Positions 37,040 through 49,990 of a stretch of 64,000 nucleotides of DNA are shown here, piece after piece (position 1 is the first letter of the stretch; every line of letters starts with the position of its first letter). A program made the position numbers and the translations under genes. The notes below the pieces were generated by a model. It worked only from the letters and a program-made list of their open reading frames with translations, was not told the origin of the DNA and searched no databases. This DNA is from Felis catus (lineage: Eukaryota). The stretch is from the NCBI RefSeq assembly GCF_018350175.1, contig NC_058373.1:104720001-104784000 (forward strand), read 5' to 3'.

Positions 37040-37255
37040 TAAATTTTTTTAAATTTTTTTAATGTTTATTTATTTTTGAGAGAGAGAGGGTATGAATGGA
37101 GGAGGAGAAGAGAGAGAGGGGATGCAGAATCTGGAACAGGTTCCAGATTCTAAACTGTCAGCACAGAGCCCAACATGGGGCTCAAACTCAAACTGGGAGA
37201 TCATGACCCGAGCTGAAGTTGGATGTTTAACCTACTGAGCCACCCCAGGCGCCCC
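37040..37255 (-). mobile_element. SINEC inserted into the tail of the adjacent SINE
   Basis: Reverse SINE with short flanking repeat ttcttata. Confidence 0.9.
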
Positions 37256-37262
37256 ATTCTTA

Positions 37263-37473
37263 TATTTTTTCTTAATGTTTATTTATTTTTGAGAGAGAGA
37301 AAGACAGAGTATGAGCAGGGAGGGGAAAAGGAGAAGGAGACACAGAACCTGAAGCAGGCTCCAAGCTTGAGCTGTCAGCCCAGAGCCCAACGTGGGGCTC
37401 GAACTTCTGAACCATGGGATCATGACCTGAGCTGGAGCCAGACGCTTAACCAACTGAGCCACCCAGGTGTCCC
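37263..37473 (-). mobile_element. SINEC (outer element of a tandem pair)
   Basis: Outer TSD tgagtctatgctgttct / tgaatctatgttgttct brackets both SINEs. Confidence 0.9.
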
Positions 37474-37640
37474 TGAATCTATGTTGTTCTCAGCCAATAT
37501 GTCCATACACACTTTTCCCTGGACCAGAAAACTAACAGCCAACCAGCAAGCAAAGGAGGCCAACCTTGAAGGTTTCAGTCCCAGCAAATTTGCTTTGTAG
37601 ATGCCCTGTTACTCTCCACTCTTGAAAGAGTTAAATGAAG

Positions 37641-37975
37641 TTGGGGGGCTGGGGATGAAGTGGGTGCAAAATGGGTGAAGGTGATGAAAATTTACAAACT
37701 TCTGGTTATAGAATAAATTAAGTCCTGGGGATGTAATATATAGCATGGTGACTATAGTTAACAATATTGTATTGTATATTTGAAAGTTAATAACAGAGTA
37801 TATCTTATAAGTTCTCAGCACAAGGGGAAAAAATGGTAACTATGGGTGATAACGGATGGTAATTAGATTTACTGTGGTGATCATTTGGCAGTATATACAA
37901 ATATCGAAGCATTATATTGTACACCTAAAACTAGTGGGTCAGTTATATCTCAGTGAAAAATAGTAAGTTAAATAA
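37641..37975 (+). mobile_element. 5'-truncated LINE-1 3' end (L1MA9/L1_Carn-like)
   Basis: L1 3' UTR motifs (gatgtaatatatagcatggtgactatagttaacaat, tattgtacacctaaaact). TSD aaagag(t/c)taaatgaag at 37625-37640 and 37976-37991. Confidence 0.85.
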
Positions 37976-38871
37976 AAAGAGCTAAATGAAGCTCTCAGTT
38001 GTAAGAGGACACTCTTCTCCATGTCAACAAAACAAACCAACCCCTCAAAGCAAGTGTTGAGTGAACTGCAATGTAAGTATATGAGAGTTCAAACCCCTTC
38101 TCAAACCAAAATAATCACAGGGATTCTATTTTTCATGAAAATTCAAAAGTATTTGCATTTAATTTTAAATTTAGATAACTAAACACTAACTATATCACAT
38201 ACCCGCAACCATAAATACTATTAGAAGATGTCTCTGCATGAGCTAACTCATCGGAAGTTTTATTAGCTAATTCATAGGAAGATAGTGAATGCAGATAGAC
38301 CACATCAAGTCCCTTAAACAATTATACTCCTATGAAACAAGATAATGTAAATTAAGAATTATAAAACTCAATGTTTAGCATTCGTGTACAGGTGTACATG
38401 AATATCATTCAAGGTGCTGTATACTGACATTATGCCAAGCCACATGAAATTAAATAAAAAGAACCTTAAAACAATTTGTGATTTTTGACCTGGTAATTTC
38501 CACATTGCAGGAAAACAGCTCAAAAGAAAGGAAGAATCCCTTTGTAGCACTATTTAACCAGCAAAAAAATATACAAAAACTCAAATGCCCAACATGAGAA
38601 GATATGGTTCTACAAGCTATTATGGATATAAATATGATAACCTTTGAGAGAGAGTTATTTGGACTCTATCAATACCTAGAGAGATAAAATAACAAAAATC
38701 TCATCTTGGTACTGGCATGTTTTCCTTAGGATGATGTGTTGAGCTGTACATGATCTGTGTATATTTTTGTAAATATTTCAATAATTACACTTCTAAAATC
38801 TATTGCTGAATTGTTACCAAATTCAGAGCAATACTATTGACATTCATGGGAATAAAAAAAATTCACTTTCC

Positions 38872-39054
38872 GGGATGCCTGGGTGGCTCAATCAGTTAAG
38901 TATCTGACTTCAGCTCAGGTCATGATCTCACGGTTCATGAGTTCAAACCCTGAACTGGGCTCTCTGTTGTCAGCACAGAGCCCACTTCCTGTCTCCCTCT
39001 CTCTCTGCCTCTCTCTATCAAAAACAAATAAACACTAAAAAAAAATTTTTTTTT
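38872..39054 (+). mobile_element. SINEC
   Basis: SINE body with an internal deletion, flanked by aattcacttt. Confidence 0.9.
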
Positions 39055-40035
39055 AATTCACTTTTCACTCATTAAAGAGAATGACAAATTAAAACAATCA
39101 GTGATTTCCATTTTTTTTTTATATGGTTCCACTCGGTAAACTTAATCTAGTCATAGAGTAGAGCTTCATCTTCTTGACAGAACCAGGAAAAAATAAGAAA
39201 CCATTTGAGAGTTTTGGAGGATAGACAGGTTTACCTGGCATCATCAAATAAGGAAAAATATCTTATTATGTAAATAAGGAACTATTTGTCTTATCTTTAA
39301 CACCTATTCTAAGTAAGCAGATAAGCCTTTTATTACACTTCACTCCCAGGTCAAACTGAAAAGTATGCCTCAAGTGCCTAATTTGTGCGGTGTGCTAAAG
39401 GGAACATGTTTGGAAGCTACTGAACACAGATGTCAGAAAGGGAGACTACCTGGTATGCAAACCCTGTCATCTGGCCTTCGCGGGGTCTGATGGACAGCAT
39501 TTCGGAGCTGAAATGCACTCCTGTCCATATACACAGAGTTGGCCAGTTTCTCAAGGACAGGATCATACTGGCCAAGCACGTGACATGGCAACAAAACAAG
39601 CAAGAAGCCCAAGGTATTATTTTAACAATGATGTTTTGACTGAGCTGATTACGCCTCCTATTTAGGACCCACTTCCAGATATGCAGGTATCTTGGAAGCC
39701 AATCAATAATTAGAAGATTTCTCAACGAGAGAGTACTCAAAGCCAAGGACAGGAATCTCGAGAATTTCTTCCTCTTTATGATCCTCCTGTAGGTACTCTA
39801 CAGCTGTGGTACAAGCCACACCGAATTGAATGTATTAATTTGTATAATTGTCTTTCCACGGACTTGCTATGTACTCTTAAAGAACAGAAGCCACGCATTA
39901 GCTGCACAATAAATGTATGTTGCAATGAAGTGTTTAAATTGGACTCTCTTTACCTCAAAATGCAACCCAAACTCGTAAGAATGCCAATGTTTGCCAGAGT
40001 CAATGTGCATGTCTCCCTTAGAAAGGACAAAGAAA

Positions 40036-40262
40036 GGGGCGCCTGGGTGGCACAGTCGGTTAAGCGTCCGACTTCAGCCAGGTCACGATCTCGCGGTCCG
40101 TGAGTTCGAGCCCCACGTCGGGCTCTGGGCTGATGGCTCGGAGCCTGGAGCCTGTTTCCGATTCTGTGTCTCCCTCTCTCTCTGCCCCTCCCCCGTTCAT
40201 GCTCTGTCTCTCTCTGTCCCAAAAATAAATTAAAAAAACGTGGAAAAAAAATTTAAAAAAAA
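40036..40262 (+). mobile_element. Young SINEC_Fc
   Basis: TSD gaaaggacaaagaaa at 40021-40035 and from 40263. Confidence 0.95.
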
Positions 40263-40379
40263 GAAAGGACAAAGAAAACCATTCTGGCTATGTAATGCAG
40301 GAAAGATCTAGAAAGCAAATGGAGATGCCAGCAGACCAATTAGGAGCTAACTGGTGTTTTAGGCAAGAAGCAATAGCAG

Positions 40380-40720
40380 GAGGACAAATAATTGTATACT
40401 CATATAACAGAAAACTATACAGTAGAGAAAAAGAGCAAACTATTGATCTGTGCAACAACATAAATGAAGCTCATAAACATAATGTTACATAAAAGAGGCC
40501 AGACCCTAGTTATGTATAGTATGAATCTTTCATATGAAGTTCAAGAGCAGGCAAGACCAATTTATGGTGATAGGGACCAGAATAATGGTTTCCTCTGGGA
40601 GACTATCAACTGGGAGTGGGCAGAAGGGAGCCCTACAGATAGAAATGTTCTCTATCTTGATTAGGGTGGTCCCCATGGGTATGTGTACGTATGCACACTT
40701 AAAATGTGGGCCTCATTACA
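40380..40720 (+). mobile_element. Old LINE-1 (L1M) 3' UTR fragment
   Basis: acaaataattgtatactcatataacagaaaactatacag...gaaatgttctctatcttgat. Confidence 0.65.
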
Positions 40721-43649
40721 TTGTGATCTTTTTTTTTTTTTCTTTCACAACGTTTAAAAATACTGTAGGTGGCCTGGGTAGGGTGGTGGCAGTAGAGACT
40801 GGCAAGAGTGAATGCATGAGAGATTTGAGAGATGAAGTCATTGAGAAGAAAAAAATGAGCTGATGCCTATCAAGTTTTTGCACAGTGCCTGGCATACAGT
40901 GAAGCTCAGCACATCCTTGTTATGATATTGCCTGAAAAGTTTGGTGAGCACATTAAATTAAATAATGTTTGTAAAGTATTTAGATCCTTGCCTGGAACCT
41001 AGTAAATTCTCAATGAGTGGTAACTTTTTTTTTAATTGATTAGGCTGTAACTTCTTTTCACATTTACTGTGCCTTGCTAGGCCCACTTCTCGCCATTATC
41101 TGGAAGATAACCTACCTCCTACTAGGGTATGTCCAGAAAATTCATTCTATCCCCTGCTAGACATTTTATTAACTTAACTAAGTGCACCGCCATAGCTGCC
41201 TACATATTGGTCCCTAAGGCATCCTAAGGAACCCCTCGTCATAAGCTTCACCAGAAGCACTGAAGATAAAATCATATGAAATTGATGCATGTACACTTTT
41301 ACTCTCCCTCTGGTTGCTGCTTTATCATATCAGGATTGTTAGCACCATTTCCTGCAATAGTGTATCAAGACTCCCTGATAGGGTTAAAGCTCCTTAGCAT
41401 CATGTGGGAGAGGACATCCCAGCACCATCTGCCAGGCCTGCAATTCTATTAAACTGTCAGCATGATAAATGACAAAGAGAAGGCATTGGAACAGGAGAAA
41501 ATCTACAGTGAAGCACTGTGGTCATAAAACAAGAAGAACCAAAATGGATTTAGGGCAAGAACACAAACCATCCTTTATAATAAAATTTTCACTTGCAAGG
41601 AGGGAACAAAGAGACTGAACTATAACTCCTGGGTCCAAGCAGAAGGCAGTAAGACAATCAGCCAGCGCTCAGCCTGGATGTGCGGTCACACATCAGTGAT
41701 GCATGCTCCAGAATTTCCATCTCTGCTCCCAAGCAGGTCTCTTGGGGCTCGGTGAAAACACACCTTGCCTACTTTGTGTGAGGAGATGGTATTTGGAGAG
41801 CTGTCTACTCGGAGCGTCCCTTCTCCTTATAAAAATAAATAAATAAACCTCTCTGCAATGGAAAATAATTTAGTTACTGCTCTCCAACTACAAATTATCT
41901 CAAGAGAGAAGTCACCAGTGCATTGCTGCCCTGCTTCTAAATTTAGCCCCCACCAGTGACATCTTCTGTAAACAGAGCATAGGTAATCGTGTTTCTGAAT
42001 ATTTGGGTTTTGGAATGAGTTCCAGTGAGTCTCATTTAGAGTCACCAGGTAATAATGCCAATAGTAAAAGCAATATTGACTCAATGGGATGGTAATAGAT
42101 GACTACTGAGGTGCTAAGAGATTAAAAAGCCTTTGAATATACCTTCTCTAGGTAGCAAAGGAGCTAGTGGCAGCAAAATCATGAATAATCTCCATGCATA
42201 TAATGTTTCCAGAAGCATCTCAGAGACTGGTCTTTCTAAAGAGAAACTTGATAAACACTGAATGGTAATTAGCACTTATATCATCTTGGATTTTTCTGAC
42301 ACTTCAACCAAAACAAGACTAGTGGTGGCAGAGTAAAAATGCAATTACCTCAATAACAAAACTAGGCATATTAGATTCATAACAATGTTGCATCTTCTGC
42401 ATTTTCTGTGTGTATGCTGTGTCAGTCACCACGCTGAAATGCCTGAATGCAGCAAGTTAAACACTATTCATTGCATGCCTTAGGTTTAGGACATATAATG
42501 ATTTTCCTTCTGGGGTTAAGGCACGTGGGATTGGGGTATTTTATTGCCTTGGAAATGGAAAGTTAATAACTATGTTAACCAGTTAGACACGTGGGCGCTT
42601 CAATCAGATCATTAAACACAAACCTTAATGAGTTTCTTGGGCAAAACCCAGAAGAAAACAGAAACACAGGAAACAGAGCCATAAAAACACCTCCTGTCTC
42701 TGCTAATATATAGGCATGTGATGCAATTATTCATCCATTTCAAGTGAGGCAACAGCACTTAGAATATCTGGCAGTTGCTCTACCACTCAATTTGCATGTC
42801 AACATTTCCATTATATTAAAGGAAAAAGAAATGAAGTCAGCGAATTTGCTAAGAGCCCTGTTGCTTTTTGCCCACTTATTCAATATGGAAATAAATATCC
42901 AGTTATATGATACATTTCCCCATGTTGCCTTATGGATTCGGTGAATCTTTGTTATGTTTTCTTAATAGGTTTTCTAGGAATATCTTTCAATATATCTATA
43001 AATCAGAATTCATGATTTAATATGACTCGGGGAAAAGACTGGAGGACTCCAGAGCAGCAAGTCCATGCCTCCGCAGTGAATGTCGTTCTGTTTTGCTCCT
43101 AACAGCCATCCGAGCACTTGTCTGCTACTTCGAAGCTCTACCAGATCAAGCAACCACAGAAGTTTGCTGATTCCTGATAGGATGGGACAGTGGACTGTGG
43201 CCTGGTTGGGGTCACAGCACTAATCTTCTTCAGCTCTGGGATTTTGCAGAAATTAGAATACTAGTTACCTTTTTCTAGCTTGACCACTTGCTATGGCCAC
43301 GTACGACACTAAGCATTTCTTCTTCTCCAGCTCATCTAATCCACTGAAACACTTCTGTGGGCAGTATTATTTCCCCAGTTTTTCAGACAAGAAATCTGAG
43401 AACTACAGAAGATGGTAACTTGCTCCACGTTCCACAGGGAGGAAGTGGCAGCTCTAACCTGAGTGTTGAACTGGCTTAAGACCACAACACACACTGCTCC
43501 AGGCATTTGACCTTTAAAGTTGTATGATAGCACTACCCATGCTTACCTCACAAGGATGCTGGGAGAAACCAATGGGAAACACATAACATGGGACACACTT
43601 TGGAAACTAAAAAAGTGGTACACAAATGTATAGAGTGTTTGTATAATTC

Positions 43650-44140
43650 TGAAATCTTTGGGCTTCGAATTGCAAAACATCCACTGAAACTGGATTAAGC
43701 AAGAAGAATGTATTGGTTCACCTAACTGGCAAGTCGGAAGCAAGCAGAGCTGGACTTGGGGGTGGGGGGTGACGCGGGTAATGCTGTCAGGGTTTTCTGT
43801 TCCAGTCTCTTGGCTCTCCTTTCTCCCGCTTTGGCTGCACCACCCTGCAGCCTCTTCCTCATGATGGCAAGACCCTCAACCTATTCTCAGACCTGGGAAA
43901 GGAGGATGCTCTCTTGGATGCTACAGCGAATAGTCCAGGATTAGACCTCATTATGTCACGTGCCCATCCCTAAACCAATCACTGCGATCAGTGGGTGGAG
44001 CGATGCGCTGATTGGTTTAAATCTGGGTCATTTGCCCACATCAAGAGCCTAGTGCAAAGTCAGCTTCCCACATACCACCTGGATTGGGGGTGGCAGTGGG
44101 GTGCGGTGAGGATGCGGGTGCCCCAGGGAAACTGGAGCTC
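43650..44140 (-). mobile_element. Old ERVL/MaLR LTR (LTR33/MLT1-like)
   Basis: aactggattaagcaagaagaatgtattggttcac...cacgtgcccatccctaaaccaatcactg...ctgattggttta. Confidence 0.6.
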
Positions 44141-44205
44141 TCTTAATAGAAAAGGAAGCCACACAGGACAATATCCACTAAAATATGATAATAATAAAAA
44201 CTGTG

Positions 44206-44343
44206 TACACTTATCTTGATGAGCACTAAGAAATGCATAGAATTGTTGAATCATTGTATCGTACACCTGAAACTAATAAACACTGTATTTTCGTTTTATT
44301 TGGATAAAATAATAATAATAATAATAATTAATAATAATAATAA
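44206..44343 (+). mobile_element. Very short carnivore L1 3' end with (TAA)n tail
   Basis: gatgagcactaagaaatgcatagaattgttgaatcattgtatcgtacacctgaaactaat. Flanking repeat aataataaa(a/c)actgtg. Confidence 0.8.
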
Positions 44344-45451
44344 ACACTGTGCTTCATACTTATTTGCAGGACAATGACAGAGAATTCTTAGCAAATAATA
44401 TTAGCTACCTAATATACGTAGAATTCTCCAAAGTTAGAAAGTGCTTCTATACACATTATATCCTTCTATTCTCATTATATTTTTACCAAGGACAAATCAC
44501 CATTTTGAAGATGAACAAACTGAGTCTCAGCATAGTTTCAAGATTTACCCACAGCCACACTGCTGATAGGAGGTAAAGCCAGAACTTGAGCCTCTCCTGA
44601 CCCCAATTCAGTACTCCGAGGAGCTGATGTAGGTTTCATACTGTGGATTTTGATTAACTGTGCCCTGGAAGCAAAATTGCCTTAAAGGAGGCATTAGCAA
44701 GTGCAGGAGCTCAGATAACAATACCTTTCCAGCCAATACTTTGAGGAAATAATTAATTGTCCCTCTGAGTGTGGACATTTGCGACAAAACATGCCATTCT
44801 GATACGTACTTCTTTACTATATTGGACATTCCTGGTGGCAACGTAAATTTATTGATCCAGTCCTTTGGGGAGGCAATTTGGTAACAAAATACCGAGAGCT
44901 ATAAAAATGCCAGTATTCTTTGACTTAAAATTCTGCTCCTGGAAATTTATCCTGTAAAAATGATTGAAATAAATTAAGAAAAATTCATACGTGTAAAAAC
45001 ATTCGTGGCAACATTAATCATAACATTAACATTTTTGAATTCAGAATTCAGAATATATGTAAAGCACTTAGCAGGATGCCTCATGACTAGTCAGTGCAGG
45101 CTGCAATAATTCCCTGCTTTTTCTAGAATGCTAACAGGTCATCACATTTGTGTTCCATCTGCATGGAAGGTTCTTCTCCCATATGCATTTGACTCAGTCC
45201 TTCCTTTTATTCGGGCCTCCACCCAAATGTGACCCCACCAAAGAGGATTTTCCAAGCCACCCCTCTAAACAGCATATCCTTCTTGTCTTTTTCTATCTCA
45301 TTACCATGCTTTGTTTTCGTTAGCACTTATTCCTGCCTCATACAGTATATATTTATTTCGTTTTTGTTGTTGTCTTTTTCGCCCCCAGGAGAAGGTAAAC
45401 TCCATGAGGGCGGGGACTTTGGTGAGTTCATCACAATGTGTCTAACATCTA

Positions 45452-45655
45452 ACCTTTATTTATTTTTGGGGGGACAGAGAGAGACAGAGCATGAACAGGG
45501 GAGGGGCAGAGAGAGAGGGAGACACAGAATCGGAAACAGGCTCCAGGCTCCGAGCCATCAGCCCAGAGCCTGATGCGGGGCTCGAACTCACGGACCACGA
45601 GATCATGACCTGGCTGAAGTCGGACGCTTAACCGACTGCGCCACCCAGGCACCCC
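45452..45655 (-). mobile_element. Young SINEC_Fc without A-tail, inside an L2 remnant
   Basis: 17-bp TSD aatgtgtctaacatcta at 45435-45451 and 45657-45673. Confidence 0.95.
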
Positions 45656-46444
45656 TAATGTGTCTAACATCTAGAAGAATGTCTGGAACGCTGTTGAATA
45701 AATATTATTTTTATCTTTATTCTTAAACCCTTGGCTTCCATATTTCTTCACTTATCAAAAAATTTTAGTTTGCCAACTCCTTCATTTTTGTCAGAAACAT
45801 GGCTCAGGCAGAGGCAGGATGGATCAATCTGGGGAAGACTCTGACAAGCAGATCCAGAAGGGCTAGTGGTTGGTCAAAGGGCCAAGATCTGAATATATAT
45901 GCACAAGCTGGACTTGACATTCTTGGGAAGGGCATGGGAGAGATAAGTCTTATGGTGAGTCCAGACCTAGATAATCAGCTCACAAGAAAAGAATGGGGAA
46001 ATCTAGGACATAGGACATTTGACATCTGTCAAATCTGGCATAGGTCAAGCCATCCATAAGGGTGGTCAATCAATCTCAGAGAAGCACAGCCTCCCTATGG
46101 TGTCTATCCTGTCATAGGAAAAATAAGGTTCTGGTGGAAAAAAAGAATTTCAGCCACTGGACCATATGAGATGCCAGAGAAGAATGTTATTACTGAGAAA
46201 CTTCGAGCCAAAGCAGAGGTCCCAGTTACTGACATACACTGAGGACCAACACAGTGGTCAGTCAGAGAGCAAAGGCTGTCCTGGAGGGGAGTAAACTTCC
46301 AGGCATTTCCAAGGAAAGCAACCCCAGTAGCCTAGGCTCATCCATCCAAAAGAGGAGCTGTAGGTGCCGGCTGAGAGGCCAAAGCATGCTGAAACCAGGC
46401 ACAGAGAGTAGGCACCAAAAACAAACGGTATAAAGGATCCAAGG

Positions 46445-47090
46445 ATGTGCTGGCTTTACAATATGGTGAGGTATCTAGGCTGAACCACATTTCTCACAAT
46501 TCCCATCCAACCAAGTTTTCAGTTAGGGAGGCCCAAAAAATACACTTTGCGCAAGATTTGGAATAAGAAAGTGGAGCAGGCCATTTTTTAATATGAATAA
46601 AACATTTTAGAAGAACAAAAATAAGGCCGTTTTCATTCTTCTGCTCAGAAGGTGGAAGCAGCCATTTTTGGTAGCTCGCACATGTTCCTGCTTATCTGCC
46701 GGCTCACCTCACTGATATGAAGAAGTGACCAGGCCTGTAACTCACCCTTGGATGAGGTAACTCCAGGGTACTCCGCCTTGCCCTGGATCCTCTCGCATCT
46801 TCTGCCACTCCTGGGTCAGGTGCGTTCAGCTCCATGACAGAGGATGTCAGCGGCTCCTACAGGACAGCCATGATGTCAAGGTAGGGGACAGTAAGAATTA
46901 ACGTCCAACTCATGCTCGTCGATTCCAGCTGGCCCTTGTTCTCCTAGCTTTCTTTCTATCCATCTTCTTTTCCCATCTGCTTGCCCTGAAGACTTCAGGA
47001 TCCACCATCAGATATGAGATCACAGCTTTACAGAGACTGTTTAACCAGCTCCCACAACTGGATCAGGTGAAGTCCCTATTTTAAAAATCA
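46445..47090 (+). mobile_element. Old ERVL-type LTR
   Basis: The 3' motif cagagactgtttaaccagctcccacaactggatcaggtgaagtccctatt resembles LTR40/41/MLT2-type ends. Confidence 0.5.
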
Positions 47091-47094
47091 TATA

Positions 47095-47307
47095 GGGGCG
47101 CCTGGGTGGTTCAGTCGGTTGAGCATCCGATGTTGGCTCAGCTCATGATCCCACGGTTTGTGGGTTTGAGCCCCGCATCATGCTCTGTGCTCATAGCTCA
47201 GAGCCTGGAACCTGCTTCAGATCTCTGTGTCTCCCTTTCTCTCTGCCGTCCCCCACTCTCACTCTGTGTCTCTGTCTCTCAAAAATAAATAAACATTAAA
47301 AAAATTT
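47095..47307 (+). mobile_element. SINEC
   Basis: SINE head, body and tail. Confidence 0.92.
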
Positions 47308-47310
47308 AAA

Positions 47311-47421
47311 TTATATATATACACAAATCATGGAGAGATATATATGTGTATACATACATATATATATATATATATATGTATGTATGTGGATATATATATA
47401 TATACACACACACATATACAC
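47311..47421. repeat. (TA)n/(CA)n compound microsatellite
   Basis: Read directly. Confidence 0.85.
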
Positions 47422-49507
47422 TTGCCTAAGACAAGGAGTTTACACAACAGTCTAAAGTGCAGTTACAGGAAATCTCTGACAAGAAAAATAATTATGTAAA
47501 AACTTTAAATTATTTACTCTAAATAAAATTAATTCTCATCTGTAATGCTGGAGATCTATCCTAATGGGTTGTTTAAAACTAATTCTCACAAACGTTCTTA
47601 TGACCCAGCAATAGATTTTCTGAAGCACATGGTCAATTTCAATAAATCTTTCCATTCTGCCATTAAACATGAATTTTACAAGTTCTATTCCTAAACAACT
47701 TAATTAACTGGTTGGGAGATTGAAAAATATTCTTGCAAAGAAAAAAAATGTGCTGCCTTTACAGCTCAAGTTATTAACTTGGGAAAGCGAACCACTCAGT
47801 AATTGAATAAAGAATCACTATAAATATTTAGTAGTTCTATATTCTGATGCAACTCGGCATCAGTCTGTCACACTGATAAATTCATTAACAATTTAAGCCT
47901 GGAGTTTGGGTCTAAACACACTCTGAATTATTTATTCCATCGTAAAACTGTACAGCCTCTCTGGAAGGTGTATCTGTTGGTGGTAAAGTTCCACTCATGT
48001 GCATTTATATTAATAAGGAGAAACAATGGCAACCACGTCTCTTATGCTCTAAATCAGAGAAAATGCTAAGTCTATTGAGAAAGGGCCCATTTTCGTAATG
48101 AAAATCTGAACATTGTGGCTGTATCCATTGCAGAAGGCAGATTTCTCAGATTTCTCTTGATCTAATGTAGTGGTCAAAACATTCTCACGGACTCCTGTGC
48201 TCCATTCTAAGATTAGGATATTTTCATTCACACAAAAGCAAGACACTGATAAGGAATGAATTTAATAGCAAAGCAAAGTTGAACTGAAATAAAATTTTTG
48301 TTAACTTTATATACATCTGACCAGAAATTAATTACTAGGAGAAACATCGAGGGGAGTTTTCTACCTTTGCTGTTAGGTCTACTTGTCCTTTCAAAGATGA
48401 CATTTACTAAGCTTTTACTCTGTGTCAGGATCTGCGATAAGTTTTTTTTTTTTTTTTAACCCATATAATCTTTAATTTAGCTCTGCTGGGTGGGTACCAT
48501 CATCCTCTCCCCCCTTATTTTGTTCTAATTTTACTGAGATATAATTGATATATAACGTTGAATTAGTATATGGTGTACAACATAATGATTTGATATATGT
48601 ATGTATGGTGAAATGATTACCACAATAAGTTTAGTTAACATCCATCATTTCACATAGTTACAAGTTTCTTTCTTGTGATAAGAGCTTTTAAGATGTACAC
48701 TTTTAGCAACTTTCAGATATACAATACAGTATTGCTAATTATAATCATTATGCTGTATACCCCCAGAACTTATTTATCTTATAACTGGAAGTTTGTACCT
48801 TTTGACCACCTTCACTCACTTCCCCCGGCTCCCAACCCCTGCCCCTGATGTCCACCAATCTATGCTCCATTTCTGAGTTTGGGTTTCTTTTAGATTCCAC
48901 GTGTAAATGAGATCATACAGTATTTGCCTCTGTTTGATTTATTTTACTTCGCATAATCCCCTAAATGTCCATCCATATTCTCACTAGGGCAGGGTTTCAT
49001 TCTTTTTTATGACTGAATAATACTCCATTGTATATCACATTCTCTTTATCCATTCATGTTTCAACTGAGACTTCGGTTGTTTCCATGTCTTGGCTACTGT
49101 AACTAATGCTCCAATGAACAATGAATATGGGAGTGTAGATATCTCATTGAGATAATGACTTTGTTTCCTTTGGATATATACCCAGAAGTGGAATTCTTGG
49201 ATCATATGGGAGTTCTATGTTTAATTTTTTGAAGAACTTCCGTACTATTTTCCACAGTGGCCACACTAATTGACATTCCCACAAAAAGTGCACAAGGGTT
49301 CCCTTTTTTCCACATCCTCATCACCAACATTTGTTATTTCTTGCCTTTTTGATGATAGACATTTTAACAGGTGTGAGGTGATATCTCATTTTGGTTTTGA
49401 TTTGCATTCTCCTGATGATTAGTGATACACAGCATCTTTTCATGTATCTGTTGGCCATCTGTATGTCTTCTTTGGAAAAATGTCTATGCAGGTCCTCTGT
49501 CCATTTT

Positions 49508-49719
49508 TATTTCTTTTAAGTTTATTCATTTATTTTAAGAAAGAAAGAGAAGGTGAAGAGGTAGAGAGGGAGGGAGGGAGAGAGACAATCCCAAGCAGGC
49601 TCCACACAGTCAGCATAGAGCCCAATGTGGGACTCAATTCCACGAACCATGAGATCATGACCTGAGCTGAGATCAAGAGTCAGATGTTTAAGCTTAACCC
49701 ACTGAGCCACTCAGGTGCC
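49508..49719 (-). mobile_element. Older SINEC nested in L1
   Basis: TSD tctgtccatttt. Confidence 0.9.
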
Positions 49720-49767
49720 TCTGTCCATTTTCAGTTAGGTTGTTTGGGATTTTGATGTTGAGGTTTT

Positions 49768-49990
49768 GTTTTTGTTTTTGTTTTTTTTTAACGTTTATTT
49801 ATTTTTGAGACAGAGAGAGACAGAGCATGAACGGGGGAGGGTCAGAGAGAGGGAGACACAGAATCTGAAACAGGCTCCAGGCTCTGAGCTGTCAGCACAG
49901 AACCGGACGCGGGGCTTGAACTCACTAACCGTGAGATCATGACCTGAGCCGAAGTCGGCCGCTTAACCGACTGAGCCACCCAGGCGCCCC
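49768..49990 (-). mobile_element. SINEC_Fc nested in L1
   Basis: TSD gatgttgaggtttt at 49754-49767 and 49991-50004. Confidence 0.95.

Noticed and set aside
39417..39746. Overlapping ORFs on both strands in unique sequence
   Set aside because: Short, with no recognisable homology or convincing exon structure. The lengths are expected by chance.
43971..44019. Inverted CCAAT-box pair taaaccaatca...tgattggttta
   Set aside because: It appears to be an intrinsic motif of the old LTR it lies in, so it is not independent evidence of a promoter.
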